This document shows, piece by piece, positions 1 through 8,720 of a DNA stretch of 64,000 bases (position 1 is the stretch's first letter; every line of letters begins with the position of its first letter). The position numbers were made by a program, and so were the translations under genes. The notes under the pieces were generated by a model. That model did not search any database, had not been told where the DNA came from, and saw only the letters and a program-made list of their open reading frames with translations. The stretch spans positions 70,428 to 134,427 of the forward strand of contig JAZJYZ010000001.1 in NCBI GenBank assembly GCA_040390125.1, written 5' to 3'. The stretch is from Patescibacteria group bacterium (GTDB lineage: Bacteria > Patescibacteriota > Minisyncoccia > Phycocordibacterales > Phycocordibacteraceae).

Positions 1-274
1 GAAATGGGAGCCAAAGTGGTATTCCGAAGAACGATGGCTCTGCATAACTCCAAGCACCTGCTCTGATCGCAAGTATTTCAGTTGCTGGTCCAAAAACAAA
101 ACCGAACGAATAGAGAGCAACAAGTCGCTTGCTTTTCATGTAGTACGCATAGAACACCGAAGATAGAAAGAGAGAGATGCTCAGTAGTACCTCTGCGTGC
201 CAGAAGAAGAACACAAGGAGTGCAGTCCCAACGGCAAACAGAGTTGCTATCAGCAAGTTCAATAAAACTTTCAT
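1..274 (-). CDS. Partial (5' portion) hydrophobic membrane protein; the gene runs off the window start
   Basis: Reverse-strand ATG at 272-274 opens a stop-free frame (MKVLLNLLIATLFAVGTALLVFFFWHAEVLL...) to position 1. It is absent from the ORF track because there is no in-window stop. Strongly hydrophobic. Confidence 0.4.
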   Translation of the reverse strand, partial: MKVLLNLLIATLFAVGTALLVFFFWHAEVLLSISLFLSSVFYAYYMKSKRLVALYSFGFVFGPATEILAIRAGAWSYAEPSFFGIPLWLPF

Positions 275-365
275 GGGAAGCACAATATCACACGAGACAA
301 GTGGGCGATGCAGGACTTAATCAGGATTTTGCATAAAAAAGCATGTGGTGTACTCTAAATAATCT

Positions 366-441
366 GCGCGGTTAGCTCAGTTGGTAGAGCATCTCATTTA
401 CACTGAGAGGGTCGTAGGTTCGAGCCCTACACCGCGCACCA
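366..441 (+). tRNA. tRNA-Val (anticodon TAC)
   Basis: Cloverleaf read by eye. Acceptor GCGCGGT/ACCGCGC, D-arm GCTC...GAGC, anticodon stem TCTCA/TGAGA with loop TTTACAC, T-arm GTAGG-TTCGAGC-CCTAC, discriminator A. CCA is encoded. Confidence 0.85.
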
Positions 442-627
442 GAAGCAAATTTCTTGCTACTATCTTAGAGATATGAGTTTTATAAAAACACTATGATTCA
501 CAATCGCTACACGAAAAGCTGGTCTGGTTTTAACTAAGAAATTCCTTCCGACGCCTGGAAAGCGTGTCGGAGTTTTCTTATTCTCCCCGCTATACACTAT
601 TCACTGTCCACTAATCACTACTCATCT

Positions 628-1290
628 ATGATCCAACTCAGCGAATCATCATTCAAAAAACTGCTCCTTGCCCTTGCCATCTATCTCGCATCTCTTTTTG
701 CGGCAAACACTTTGGGTCTAAAGATTATGCCGTTTCTGTTTGGCACCGGTCTCTCTGTCGCTGTATTCTCATTCCCCATTGTGTTTCTCATGACAGACGT
801 CATCGGCGAAGTATATGGAAAACGCATCGCAAAATTCTTCGTTCTTGCTGGATTTATCGCCACTGCCCTATTCATTGCATATTCCTTCATTTCAATTGCC
901 ATGCCGTGGTCTGAGCGAGGCTTGTGGGTAAGCGAGAGCTACAATCAGGTCTTTGGCATTTCAGTGAGAATGGCAATCGCATCATTGGTCGCATTCGCCA
1001 TTGCGCAATATCAAGACGTCATATCGTTTTTCTTCTTCAAAAAGCTCTTGGGAAAATCTGGCTTTTGGCTTCGCTCAACACTCTCGAACATCTGGTCACA
1101 GTTCCTCGACACAGTAATCTTCATGGTGATCGCATTTGCGGGAGTGTATTCAACGTCAACACTCATAGGCATCATGTTTAGCTGGTGGCTCTACAAGGTT
1201 GCGATGGGCTTCCTCTATACTCCCCTTTCCTATCTCGCAATACGCCTACTCAAAGACAAGAATGAAATCAAAGAGCCAGCCTCTGTCTAA
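628..1290 (+). CDS. Queuosine-precursor transporter-like membrane protein (YhhQ/VUT family)
   Basis: 220 aa polytopic membrane protein. The motif TDVIGEVYGKRIA resembles the VUT/YhhQ signature. Family recognised by eye only. Confidence 0.45.
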   Translation: MIQLSESSFKKLLLALAIYLASLFAANTLGLKIMPFLFGTGLSVAVFSFPIVFLMTDVIGEVYGKRIAKFFVLAGFIATALFIAYSFISIAMPWSERGLWVSESYNQVFGISVRMAIASLVAFAIAQYQDVISFFFFKKLLGKSGFWLRSTLSNIWSQFLDTVIFMVIAFAGVYSTSTLIGIMFSWWLYKVAMGFLYTPLSYLAIRLLKDKNEIKEPASV

Positions 1291-1795
1291 AACACACTTC
1301 GTTGCCTATGTTGCGACATCCATAGATGGACGTATTTCACTTGAAAAAAGAAAGCTTCCTGATTGGACGAGCAAGGAGGATTGGAAATTCTTTCAGCGTG
1401 AACTCGCGAAAGCGGATGCCGTAGTGACAGGAAGAAACACATACCTATCTGCTGAGGGTCGCCTTAAAAAGCGTACGACTTTTGTATTGTCGAGCAGAGT
1501 AAAAAATACTCTCAAAAAAGGCACAGTGACCTTCATCAATCCAGCACACCAGAACCTTAAAAAACTCTTTTCAGAATATAAAACCGTCGCCATAGTTGGA
1601 GGTGCACGAGTGTATCAAGCAATGCTCGACAACAATCTACTCCATGATCTCTATGTAACTATTGAACCATTAGTGTTCGGGAGAGGAACCCCAATGTTTT
1701 CTGATGGACTACAAACAAAACGGTTTGAACTTGTCTCGGTAAAAAAACTAAACACGAAGAGCACTATTCTTCTTCACTACCGCATTAAAAAGTAA
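1262..1795 (+). CDS. RibD C-terminal domain / dihydrofolate-reductase-like reductase
   Basis: The motif YVATSIDGRIS...DW(T)S.ED...F..L...DAVVTGRNTY is typical of the RibD_C/DHFR-like family. I chose the internal Met start (MKSKSQ..) because the longer ORF (1199) overlaps the upstream gene. Confidence 0.55.
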   Translation: MKSKSQPLSKTHFVAYVATSIDGRISLEKRKLPDWTSKEDWKFFQRELAKADAVVTGRNTYLSAEGRLKKRTTFVLSSRVKNTLKKGTVTFINPAHQNLKKLFSEYKTVAIVGGARVYQAMLDNNLLHDLYVTIEPLVFGRGTPMFSDGLQTKRFELVSVKKLNTKSTILLHYRIKK

Positions 1796-1883
1796 GCTCT
1801 CATGACTACATTCGTTAAAACTAATCAATATAGTATAAAGTAACGACCGTTACTTTATACTATACTGCCACCCTATATACAGT

Positions 1884-2606
1884 ATGAATGTACGGGCAAT
1901 CAAAACACGTATTTTCAAACAAGAAGAAAACCTCTCGATGTTCATTGAGGAGCATATAAAAAAAATCCCTGACGGTTCAATTCTCCTCATCGCCTCAAAA
2001 ATCGTCGCCCTCTCCGAAGGCCAATTTGTGCAACCTCCGGAGGTTGCACAAATTGGAAAAGATTCTGTCGGCTCTCTGATAAGGAAAGAAAGTACGTGGG
2101 CAGTTCAGTCAGAGGGCGTATGGCTCACTGAGAAAGACGGAATGATCATGGCGAATGCTGGCATTGATAAGTCGAATGCAAACGGAGGCATCGTACTTCT
2201 CCCGAAAGACAGTTTTGCCTCAGCCGCACGCTTGCGAAAAGTTCTGCAAAAGAAATACCGAATAAAAAACCTCGGCATCGTGATTACCGACAGTGCACTC
2301 ATGCCCTTGCGTGCGGGTGTAGTGGGAGTAGCACTTGGCTATGCCGGCTTTACGGGAGTGCGTGACTACCGAGGGAAGAAGGATATTGTTGGACGAAAGA
2401 TGAAAATCTCTAGAACAAATATTGCCGACAGCATTGCAACCGCTGGAACTTTGATTATGGGGGAAGGAGCAGAACAACAACCAGTTGCTCTTATTACTGA
2501 TGCTCCTGTTGAGTTTGTAGAGAAAATAAATAAAAAAGAATTGAAAATTAACCCCAAAGAGGATATTTTCTGGCCGTTGTTGAAACGGGTCAGACGCACG
2601 AAATAG
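1884..2606 (+). CDS. CofE-like (F420-0:gamma-glutamyl ligase family) protein
   Basis: 240 aa. The motif ANAGIDKSNANGGIVLLPKDSFASAARL matches the CofE/F420-ligase fold signature. Confidence 0.5.
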   Translation: MNVRAIKTRIFKQEENLSMFIEEHIKKIPDGSILLIASKIVALSEGQFVQPPEVAQIGKDSVGSLIRKESTWAVQSEGVWLTEKDGMIMANAGIDKSNANGGIVLLPKDSFASAARLRKVLQKKYRIKNLGIVITDSALMPLRAGVVGVALGYAGFTGVRDYRGKKDIVGRKMKISRTNIADSIATAGTLIMGEGAEQQPVALITDAPVEFVEKINKKELKINPKEDIFWPLLKRVRRTK

Positions 2607-2628
2607 GCTTGGTATAATTGCTATATAT

Positions 2629-3018
2629 ATGGAGCTTACCGTCTTGTTGAGCAGAGTATTCGGTGTGTACCTGCTTATTATGGCAGTGGCAATATTCACG
2701 CGTCGAAAAGCACTAATGGTGAGCGTAGAGGCGATGTTTAAAGAGCAATTTGCACAGCTTGTGGCTGCGATGATTTCAATTCTTGGAGGTCTAATTTTTA
2801 TAAACATATATCAGGATTGGTCGTCAGTGCCGGCCGGGATTATCTCGACAATCGCCTGGCTGATTCTTATAAAGGGACTCTTGTACGCTTTCTTGCCTGA
2901 GGTCCGCCTTGCAGAGTTCACCAAGCTGTTCACGGAACGAGGGTGGTACACGATGGATGGGCTTTTGGCACTTAGTATCGGTATATATCTGACTGGTTTC
3001 GGATACGGACTCTGGTAA
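2629..3018 (+). CDS. Small membrane protein (3-4 TM), hypothetical
   Basis: 129 aa with hydrophobic segments. No recognisable motif. Confidence 0.4.
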   Translation: MELTVLLSRVFGVYLLIMAVAIFTRRKALMVSVEAMFKEQFAQLVAAMISILGGLIFINIYQDWSSVPAGIISTIAWLILIKGLLYAFLPEVRLAEFTKLFTERGWYTMDGLLALSIGIYLTGFGYGLW

Positions 3019-3254
3019 AAGATTCAAGTCGGTGCCCAGCCTCTCGGCACGATTTTCTAATCGCCTGCAGGAATCTCTCCTTACAGGAGCTGTACACCTC
3101 ATTCAGCAGAATGACTCTTGGAGCACGTGGATTTTTTCTTTCGGGAACTCAGAAAAAATGCACGCAGGATCTTCGATTCCTGCACGGATGTCTCCCAGAC
3201 ATCCTAGGGGGCACCAACAAAAATCGCCGCTCATGCGGCTGGTTTTTGTTTCTG

Positions 3255-3326
3255 TGCCCCCTGCAGGAATCGAACCTACATCGACGGCTTAGAAGTCCGC
3301 AGCTCTATCCATTGAGCTAAGGGGGC
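3255..3326 (-). tRNA. tRNA-Arg (anticodon TCT)
   Basis: The reverse complement reads GCCCCCT-TA-GCTC..GAGC-T-GCGGA-CTTCTAA-GCCGT-CGAT-GTAGG-TTCGATT-CCTGC-AGGGGGC-A. The anticodon loop is CTTCTAA. There is one 31-39 mismatch. No CCA is encoded. Confidence 0.8.
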
Positions 3327-3358
3327 GAGTACCGGGGCAATGATACCTCAATAACGGC

Positions 3359-3679
3359 TTATTTTCGAGCTGGAACGATGAGAGCAGGGTCAACAATTGG
3401 CAAAGGAAGTTCGGAGTTTGCATCATACATGGCCTTGCGGATGCGGTAAGAGGTAAGCACGGAGTCAATTTCATCTGACGTTACCACTTGTGCTGGGAAT
3501 GATGCGACATTCGCATTCACTATCAATCCCGATTGAATACCGAAAAAAATGTACCCTGCGTACGCTATGAAAAAAAGAAATGGCACCAATGCGATCACGA
3601 GCACAAGAAACCAATGACGCTCGGGGTTCGGTTGCATACTTGATGCAAAAAAGTGACCAATGTTTCTGATTTGATTCAT
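3359..3679 (-). CDS. Small membrane protein, last gene of the pilM-N-O operon, hypothetical
   Basis: 106 aa with one TM. It overlaps the upstream gene's stop by 4 nt, suggesting translational coupling. Confidence 0.4.
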   Translation of the reverse strand: MNQIRNIGHFFASSMQPNPERHWFLVLVIALVPFLFFIAYAGYIFFGIQSGLIVNANVASFPAQVVTSDEIDSVLTSYRIRKAMYDANSELPLPIVDPALIVPARK

Positions 3680-4197
3680 AGCGTGGGTGATTTTTCTTTT
3701 ATAAAATCAATCACGAAAGTTCCAAACCAGAGATGATTATCTGAAACTTGGAATGACATAGTGACGAGTCGAGATGCCTCTGGCAATGTCTCAAGCGCTG
3801 ATGCGAAGCGAACGAGGTCTCCCAGTGAACCTTGAGCGGAGAGCGTCACTCGTACCGGCTCATGATAGGTAAGCGTCGTAGACAACACTGAAACCGATCC
3901 GATTGTCGTTTTCACGTTTTCACGTTTTGCTGTAGCTTCAACCGCCTCGATAATACGCAATGAATTACTATCAGAAACTACAAACGTAGCTAGCTCTTCT
4001 CGACGTGAAGTTGTTTCAGCGAGTATGGTACCTGCACGTCGCAGAGCAAGATCCCGAGTATCGGTAGAGAAAGATACCTCCTTTGCTTTTGCAATTGTCG
4101 CAACAAATCCAGAAATGCGAACGTGGACAAACACGTACCCGGAAGTAGCTACACACAACAACAAGATTCCTAATAATAATGTGGTGACTTTTTTCAT
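3676..4197 (-). CDS. pilO: Type IV pilus assembly protein, PilO-like
   Basis: 173 aa with an N-terminal TM. It sits directly downstream of a PilN-like gene with a 4-nt overlap. The call is from position and architecture, not a motif. Confidence 0.4.
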   Translation of the reverse strand: MKKVTTLLLGILLLCVATSGYVFVHVRISGFVATIAKAKEVSFSTDTRDLALRRAGTILAETTSRREELATFVVSDSNSLRIIEAVEATAKRENVKTTIGSVSVLSTTLTYHEPVRVTLSAQGSLGDLVRFASALETLPEASRLVTMSFQVSDNHLWFGTFVIDFIKEKSPTL

Positions 4198-4769
4198 GGT
4201 GCGTTCACGTCAAAGGTAAATGGTATTGAAAAATCTATATCGACTCCGGTTGCAAGATCTGAAACTGGCACCACTGCTCCCTCGAACATACGCTCACTTT
4301 CGAGCTTCTTTCCAAAATTAATCAACGCAAGACGTGTGTTTGCCTTTCCGGAGACGGTTACCTTTCCAACACCGGAGCTCGTTACAACAAGAGATATTGC
4401 ATTAACGTGTATGTCATCCGCTACCCCTGCAGTAATGCGTGAAAGTACCAGAGCAGTCGCTTGATCCCCCTGATACTCTTTCAGAACAGAAATACGTTCT
4501 TTCAAGAGTGAAATTTGCTGAACAGTGCCTGAAGATTGGTAGAGCTTTACGCTCTCGGCGGACGACTCCATGGCACGAACAGCAATACCCGCTTCGCTTT
4601 CTGCGAGGAAATACGACGGCATAAGGAGTGCAATACCGACAATACAAACACCCACGAGCAAGAACACAAAAAGACTCGCAAGCGCTGTGTAGTAACGAAC
4701 ACGAAGATTCATCTGCTCCTTTGGAGGAAGAAGGTTCACTCCGATAGAAATTTTGGAATTGTTTTTCAT
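4194..4769 (-). CDS. pilN: Type IV pilus assembly protein PilN
   Basis: 191 aa. N-terminal VNLLPPKEQ (the INLLP motif), followed by a TM segment. Confidence 0.55.
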   Translation of the reverse strand: MKNNSKISIGVNLLPPKEQMNLRVRYYTALASLFVFLLVGVCIVGIALLMPSYFLAESEAGIAVRAMESSAESVKLYQSSGTVQQISLLKERISVLKEYQGDQATALVLSRITAGVADDIHVNAISLVVTSSGVGKVTVSGKANTRLALINFGKKLESERMFEGAVVPVSDLATGVDIDFSIPFTFDVNAP

Positions 4770-4829
4770 GATAGAAACGTCAAGAAATCGTGATGGACGA
4801 TAGTGTATGTAGTTTTTTTCTAACGGAGC

Positions 4830-5927
4830 TCACCATAGTACTTGGCGGTTTCCACGAAGTGCGAGACCGATTGCGGTTGCGTATTCCAACGATTCAGAAA
4901 ATTCCATCGGCGGTACGTAGCTATCGAGTGGGAAAGCATTCGTCCATACGTCTGCAATCGTCACAGGCACATTCAAAAATGTCTCAAGATATTCAGCGAT
5001 GCCACGTAAATTTGTACCGCCCCCCGAGAGGATCACCTTCTCTACAGGGAGTCTGGTTACATCGTCTGCAGATGGCGCATTCCAGTAGGAAAAATGTTTC
5101 ACTATTTCATCTTTCATAACTGACACTGTCGTCATGAGTGTTTCTACTAAGTCGGCATTTTGTGTACTCATCACAAAACCTTTTTCATTTTTCATCTTCT
5201 CGGCATCTACGCCAGAGATGCTGAATTTTTTCATGATGACACCCGTGAGTGCTTCGCTCCCCATGTCTACACTTGCCGTGAACGACACAACGCCTGCGTC
5301 CGCAATAGCAATGCGCGTGGAGTATCTCCCCAGGTCAATAATCATGATGGTGCGTGACAAATCCTCCGCACGTAACACTGAGCGAGCGAGTGCTTGTGAC
5401 TCCACTTCTATGGCACGAAGTATCACACCTGCAGATCGGAAGACAGAGGAATATTCTTCTATCATACGCTTCGCATATGCTGTGACGGATACAATGGTGC
5501 CGGCCTGGATACGCCGTACAATCTCGAAGTCAAAAAGCACCTCTCCTGGCGGCAGTGGCACATGAGCCTCGAGTCCAGATTCAACCCCGGCACGAAGATT
5601 TGTCACATTCTCTGGTATAAGCGCCTGGTAAAGATAGGCTTTTTGTTCGGGAATACTTGCCATTGCGTTTCGCACATGATGGCGAAGCCGATAGGAACGC
5701 AGAACATCAATAACTTTTTCTGGCTGTTCGATCTCACCCTCAACAACAATATCTTTTTGAAGCGGTGTTTCTTCACATGTTCGAACCTCTAAGCCAAGTG
5801 CGGTTGATTTCAAAGAAACACATTTTATAGAATTACTAGAAATATCAACCCCCGCAGCCGGCATGGCAATTACTGAGGGAGGTGGAAACATCGCAAGTAT
5901 GCGTTTCTGAAATGACATGCTTCTCAT
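4830..5927 (-). CDS. pilM: Type IV pilus assembly protein PilM (actin-like ATPase fold)
   Basis: 365 aa. The motif GVDISSNSIKCVSL resembles the PilM phosphate-1 motif, and the size and position upstream of pilN fit. Confidence 0.65.
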   Translation of the reverse strand: MRSMSFQKRILAMFPPPSVIAMPAAGVDISSNSIKCVSLKSTALGLEVRTCEETPLQKDIVVEGEIEQPEKVIDVLRSYRLRHHVRNAMASIPEQKAYLYQALIPENVTNLRAGVESGLEAHVPLPPGEVLFDFEIVRRIQAGTIVSVTAYAKRMIEEYSSVFRSAGVILRAIEVESQALARSVLRAEDLSRTIMIIDLGRYSTRIAIADAGVVSFTASVDMGSEALTGVIMKKFSISGVDAEKMKNEKGFVMSTQNADLVETLMTTVSVMKDEIVKHFSYWNAPSADDVTRLPVEKVILSGGGTNLRGIAEYLETFLNVPVTIADVWTNAFPLDSYVPPMEFSESLEYATAIGLALRGNRQVLW

Positions 5928-6028
5928 TATAAGCCCTCAATATCTCTGTACTCTATAGAGTCCCTCAAAAAAGAAGACACTAATTCCTCTCGATGGAGCA
6001 AAGTGCGGACTACACGGCAGTCCAAAAA

Positions 6029-6355
6029 TTAACGTATGCGACTTCCTGGATCAACAAACCTTGTTGGCGATAAAAGTGCAAACGTACTCCCCTCACCAAC
6101 AGCAAGAAGCATTCCATTGGAAACTTGTCCTCGAATTACACGTGGTTCAAGATTGGTGATGAAAGGAAACTGTCTACCTACAAGATCAGCCGGCGAAACA
6201 TATTCCGCAATACCGGAAAGAATTTGTCGCGGAGTCTCTTCCCCGAAATCAACTTCAAGTCGAAGGAGCTTGTCAGTATCAGGTACGTGTTCTGCAGAGC
6301 GGATGGTTCCAATCTGAATTTCAGCACGCTTAAAATCATCTAGTGAAAGAGACAT
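6029..6355 (-). CDS. tRNA-binding domain protein (CsaA/Trbp111-like)
   Basis: 108 aa with the signature of the MetRS-C/EMAP-like tRNA-binding fold (...GEGSTFALLSP...). Confidence 0.5.
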   Translation of the reverse strand: MSLSLDDFKRAEIQIGTIRSAEHVPDTDKLLRLEVDFGEETPRQILSGIAEYVSPADLVGRQFPFITNLEPRVIRGQVSNGMLLAVGEGSTFALLSPTRFVDPGSRIR

Positions 6356-6358
6356 AGA

Positions 6359-6745
6359 TTATTTTTTAGTTCGCTCTATGAAACTATTAAGAATTATAGC
6401 TGCTGCCTTTGCATCTACAAACTTATCGTCCGTGTCACGCCTCGCTTCAACGGAACTATAAAATTCAGGCTCATAGAAAATCTGCATCGCTGTCGCTCGC
6501 TCAAGATCCGCAACAAATTGCCGAGTATGTTTCATAACCGAGTTATCATTTCCGTCTTTATCCTTAGACTCCCCCACGACAATCTGTGCAACGTGTTCAG
6601 TTTTAATGAGCTCTGCCAACGTTGGTATAAGCGTGCGGTCAGTTGGAAAAATAGCTTTTGCAAAAGCAACAGAACCGGACTCGTCCGAAACTGCAACGCC
6701 AACGCGTTTTGTGCCATAGTCGATACCTAAAAGTTTGGAACCCAT
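6359..6745 (-). CDS. ruvX: Holliday-junction resolvase-like RuvX/YqgF
   Basis: 128 aa with N-terminal LGIDYGTKRVGVAVSD, the canonical YqgF motif. Confidence 0.8.
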   Translation of the reverse strand: MGSKLLGIDYGTKRVGVAVSDESGSVAFAKAIFPTDRTLIPTLAELIKTEHVAQIVVGESKDKDGNDNSVMKHTRQFVADLERATAMQIFYEPEFYSSVEARRDTDDKFVDAKAAAIILNSFIERTKK

Positions 6746-6868
6746 TATAAAAATAATTACGGAAGCTCTTCTTCAATAGTGGTTATTTTGAAATGGGATC
6801 CTTACACACTACTACTCTGTCCAGTATAGCGTGTTGCGAGTTCTAAGCGAGCACGCTAGGATGACGGT

Positions 6869-7153
6869 ATGTTTGGTTTTAACGTTGCGGGCTTTAATCT
6901 ATGGATTATTTTGTTGATCCTATGGACTTTGCCCTGGAAAGGCTACGCTCTTTGGCTTTCTGCAAGAAACAATCAGCCCCGCTGGTTTATCGCACTACTA
7001 CTACTCAACACTGTTGCAATTCTTGAAATAATCTATATCTTCGCTATAGGCCGTAAGGTCACAAAAAATCCAAACATTCAAGCAAACAAGGGGAAAGTAA
7101 CAGAATACAGCAAGCACGAAACAGTTCGAGTATATTCAGACTCTGAAAAATAA
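6869..7153 (+). CDS. Small membrane protein, hypothetical
   Basis: 94 aa with two hydrophobic helices. Confidence 0.35.
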   Translation: MFGFNVAGFNLWIILLILWTLPWKGYALWLSARNNQPRWFIALLLLNTVAILEIIYIFAIGRKVTKNPNIQANKGKVTEYSKHETVRVYSDSEK

Positions 7154-7210
7154 AAGTTCGACTAAGTCATGGTCTGACGTTCCATAAAAAATATCTGGTA
7201 TAGTGGTTGA

Positions 7211-7687
7211 GTGCGTGAGTACAAAAGAAAACCTAACACAAAATGTTCAACCTGTGACAGGCCAATCTACAGGCGCCCTGTTGAGCTCCAACGGGGGGCC
7301 GTATTCTGTAGCTCCATATGCTACGGAAAAGCTAACAGAAAAGAAAGGCCGTGTGTCATATGCAACAACCCTATCTTAGCAAGAGCTAACAAAAAAACGT
7401 GTAGCAGGGGTTGTGCAAATAAAAACCGAGCAGGTATCAAATACGGCACCAAGAGGCCTTATGACAAGGTAAGGAACGAAAGAACCATTAAGCTACGGGT
7501 ACTGGAAATCCGTGGAGCAAAATGTGAGCGATGCGAATATAGTAAAAAGCAAATTTTGCACGTACACCATAAGGACAGGAACCATAATAACAACGAACTT
7601 CGGAACCTAGAATTGATCTGCCCAAATTGCCACTACGAAGAACACTATTTAGAGAAAAGCTGGCTAAATGATACAGTGGGTCACTAA
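7211..7687 (+). CDS. HNH endonuclease-family zinc-finger protein
   Basis: 158 aa. The C-terminal HVHHKDRNHNNNELRNLELICPNCH is the HNH motif. There are multiple N-terminal CxxC pairs. The stop lies 1 nt before tRNA-Ser. Confidence 0.65.
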   Translation: MREYKRKPNTKCSTCDRPIYRRPVELQRGAVFCSSICYGKANRKERPCVICNNPILARANKKTCSRGCANKNRAGIKYGTKRPYDKVRNERTIKLRVLEIRGAKCERCEYSKKQILHVHHKDRNHNNNELRNLELICPNCHYEEHYLEKSWLNDTVGH

Positions 7688-7688
7688 C

Positions 7689-7775
7689 GGAGAGGTGGCA
7701 GAGTGGTCTAACGCACCGCACTTGAAATGCGGCGACCCTTAACGGGGTCCGAGAGTTCGAATCTCTCCCTCTCCG
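7689..7775 (+). tRNA. tRNA-Ser (anticodon TGA)
   Basis: Acceptor GGAGAGG/CCTCTCC, anticodon stem CCGCA/TGCGG with loop CTTGAAA, long variable arm, T-arm GAGAG-TTCGAAT-CTCTC. 87 nt. Confidence 0.85.
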
Positions 7776-7854
7776 CACGTTCGTTTTTTTTGAGCAATCG
7801 TTTACCGTTGAACTGGTAAACATAAGACTACATAATCAGACAAAAAATAACTAA

Positions 7855-8700
7855 ATGAAAATCCTTACTGCAAATATAGGGATGGGTATGCCCGGTATGC
7901 GGAGTGCTACAACAAGCCTCCGCATTCTTGTTGGCTTCCACGGATGGAGCGTTCTCCCTTTTATTATCTTCGGAGGAAGGCTCGGATGGCTCTTTCGTTA
8001 CAGTGTCTATGCGGATAGTAAACGAGAACGATGGCTCGGTAGCAAAAGTACACTTACGCCGACACTTGATCTTATAGAGAAAGAACAGCCTGATGTAGTG
8101 ATCCTCAACGAAGTGGTGTACGAAATCCATAAAGAAAGCCTGGAGACAGCACTGGAGCGACTTGGATTTCCACACATTGCGTGGGGTCGAAGTCTGCATC
8201 ACCCAGGAGCAACTATGTCGACTGTGACCGCGTCTAAGTTGCCATGTCTTTCTGATGGATTCACTCCTGAAATTCTTCAGCTTCCACAAATTTCCGGAGG
8301 TGCAGGGATAAGCGGTGTGCGTTTAGCACACCTGCCAGTAACCATTGTTGGTTTTCATTTAACGCTGGGGCTGCGCAAACTTTTCCAGAGACAGCTTGCT
8401 GATCTCGTGAAACTTGCTGAAGCTGAAAGAGCTGAAGGAAGAACAATGCTCTTGGCGGGAGATTTCAACGCACGAGCAAAAATAATAGGAAAACAAAAAG
8501 CGTTTGCAAAACTCCAAATGACATCAGTAACACGCCAGGTTACCTCTCCCTTAGGACTTCCGAAACAATTCCAACGAGATTTGGACCATATTTTTATCCC
8601 AACAAACTGGCACATTCAAGAAACAAAATATGCAGCATTCGGTTCAGATCACTCAGCAGTCATTGCAACGGTCACTCCACCGGTAGAATCAGATCAATAG
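7855..8700 (+). CDS. Endonuclease/exonuclease/phosphatase (EEP) family protein
   Basis: 281 aa with DVVILNEV, LAGDFNA and GSDHSAV motifs. Confidence 0.6.
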   Translation: MKILTANIGMGMPGMRSATTSLRILVGFHGWSVLPFIIFGGRLGWLFRYSVYADSKRERWLGSKSTLTPTLDLIEKEQPDVVILNEVVYEIHKESLETALERLGFPHIAWGRSLHHPGATMSTVTASKLPCLSDGFTPEILQLPQISGGAGISGVRLAHLPVTIVGFHLTLGLRKLFQRQLADLVKLAEAERAEGRTMLLAGDFNARAKIIGKQKAFAKLQMTSVTRQVTSPLGLPKQFQRDLDHIFIPTNWHIQETKYAAFGSDHSAVIATVTPPVESDQ

Positions 8701-8720
8701 AGAGCGGTATAATTTCATAC

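Noticed and set aside
82-336. ORF 82-336 (plus strand)
   Set aside because: The opposite strand carries a convincing stop-free hydrophobic ORF that runs off the window start. The plus-strand ORF has an Arg/Gln-rich junk-like sequence.
3032-3320. ORFs 3032-3292 and 3111-3320 (plus strand)
   Set aside because: They overlap the minus-strand tRNA-Arg(TCT) and its flanks and have a junk-like composition. Judged spurious.
7488-7823. ORF 7488-7823 (minus strand)
   Set aside because: It is antisense to the HNH gene 3' end and to tRNA-Ser. Judged spurious.
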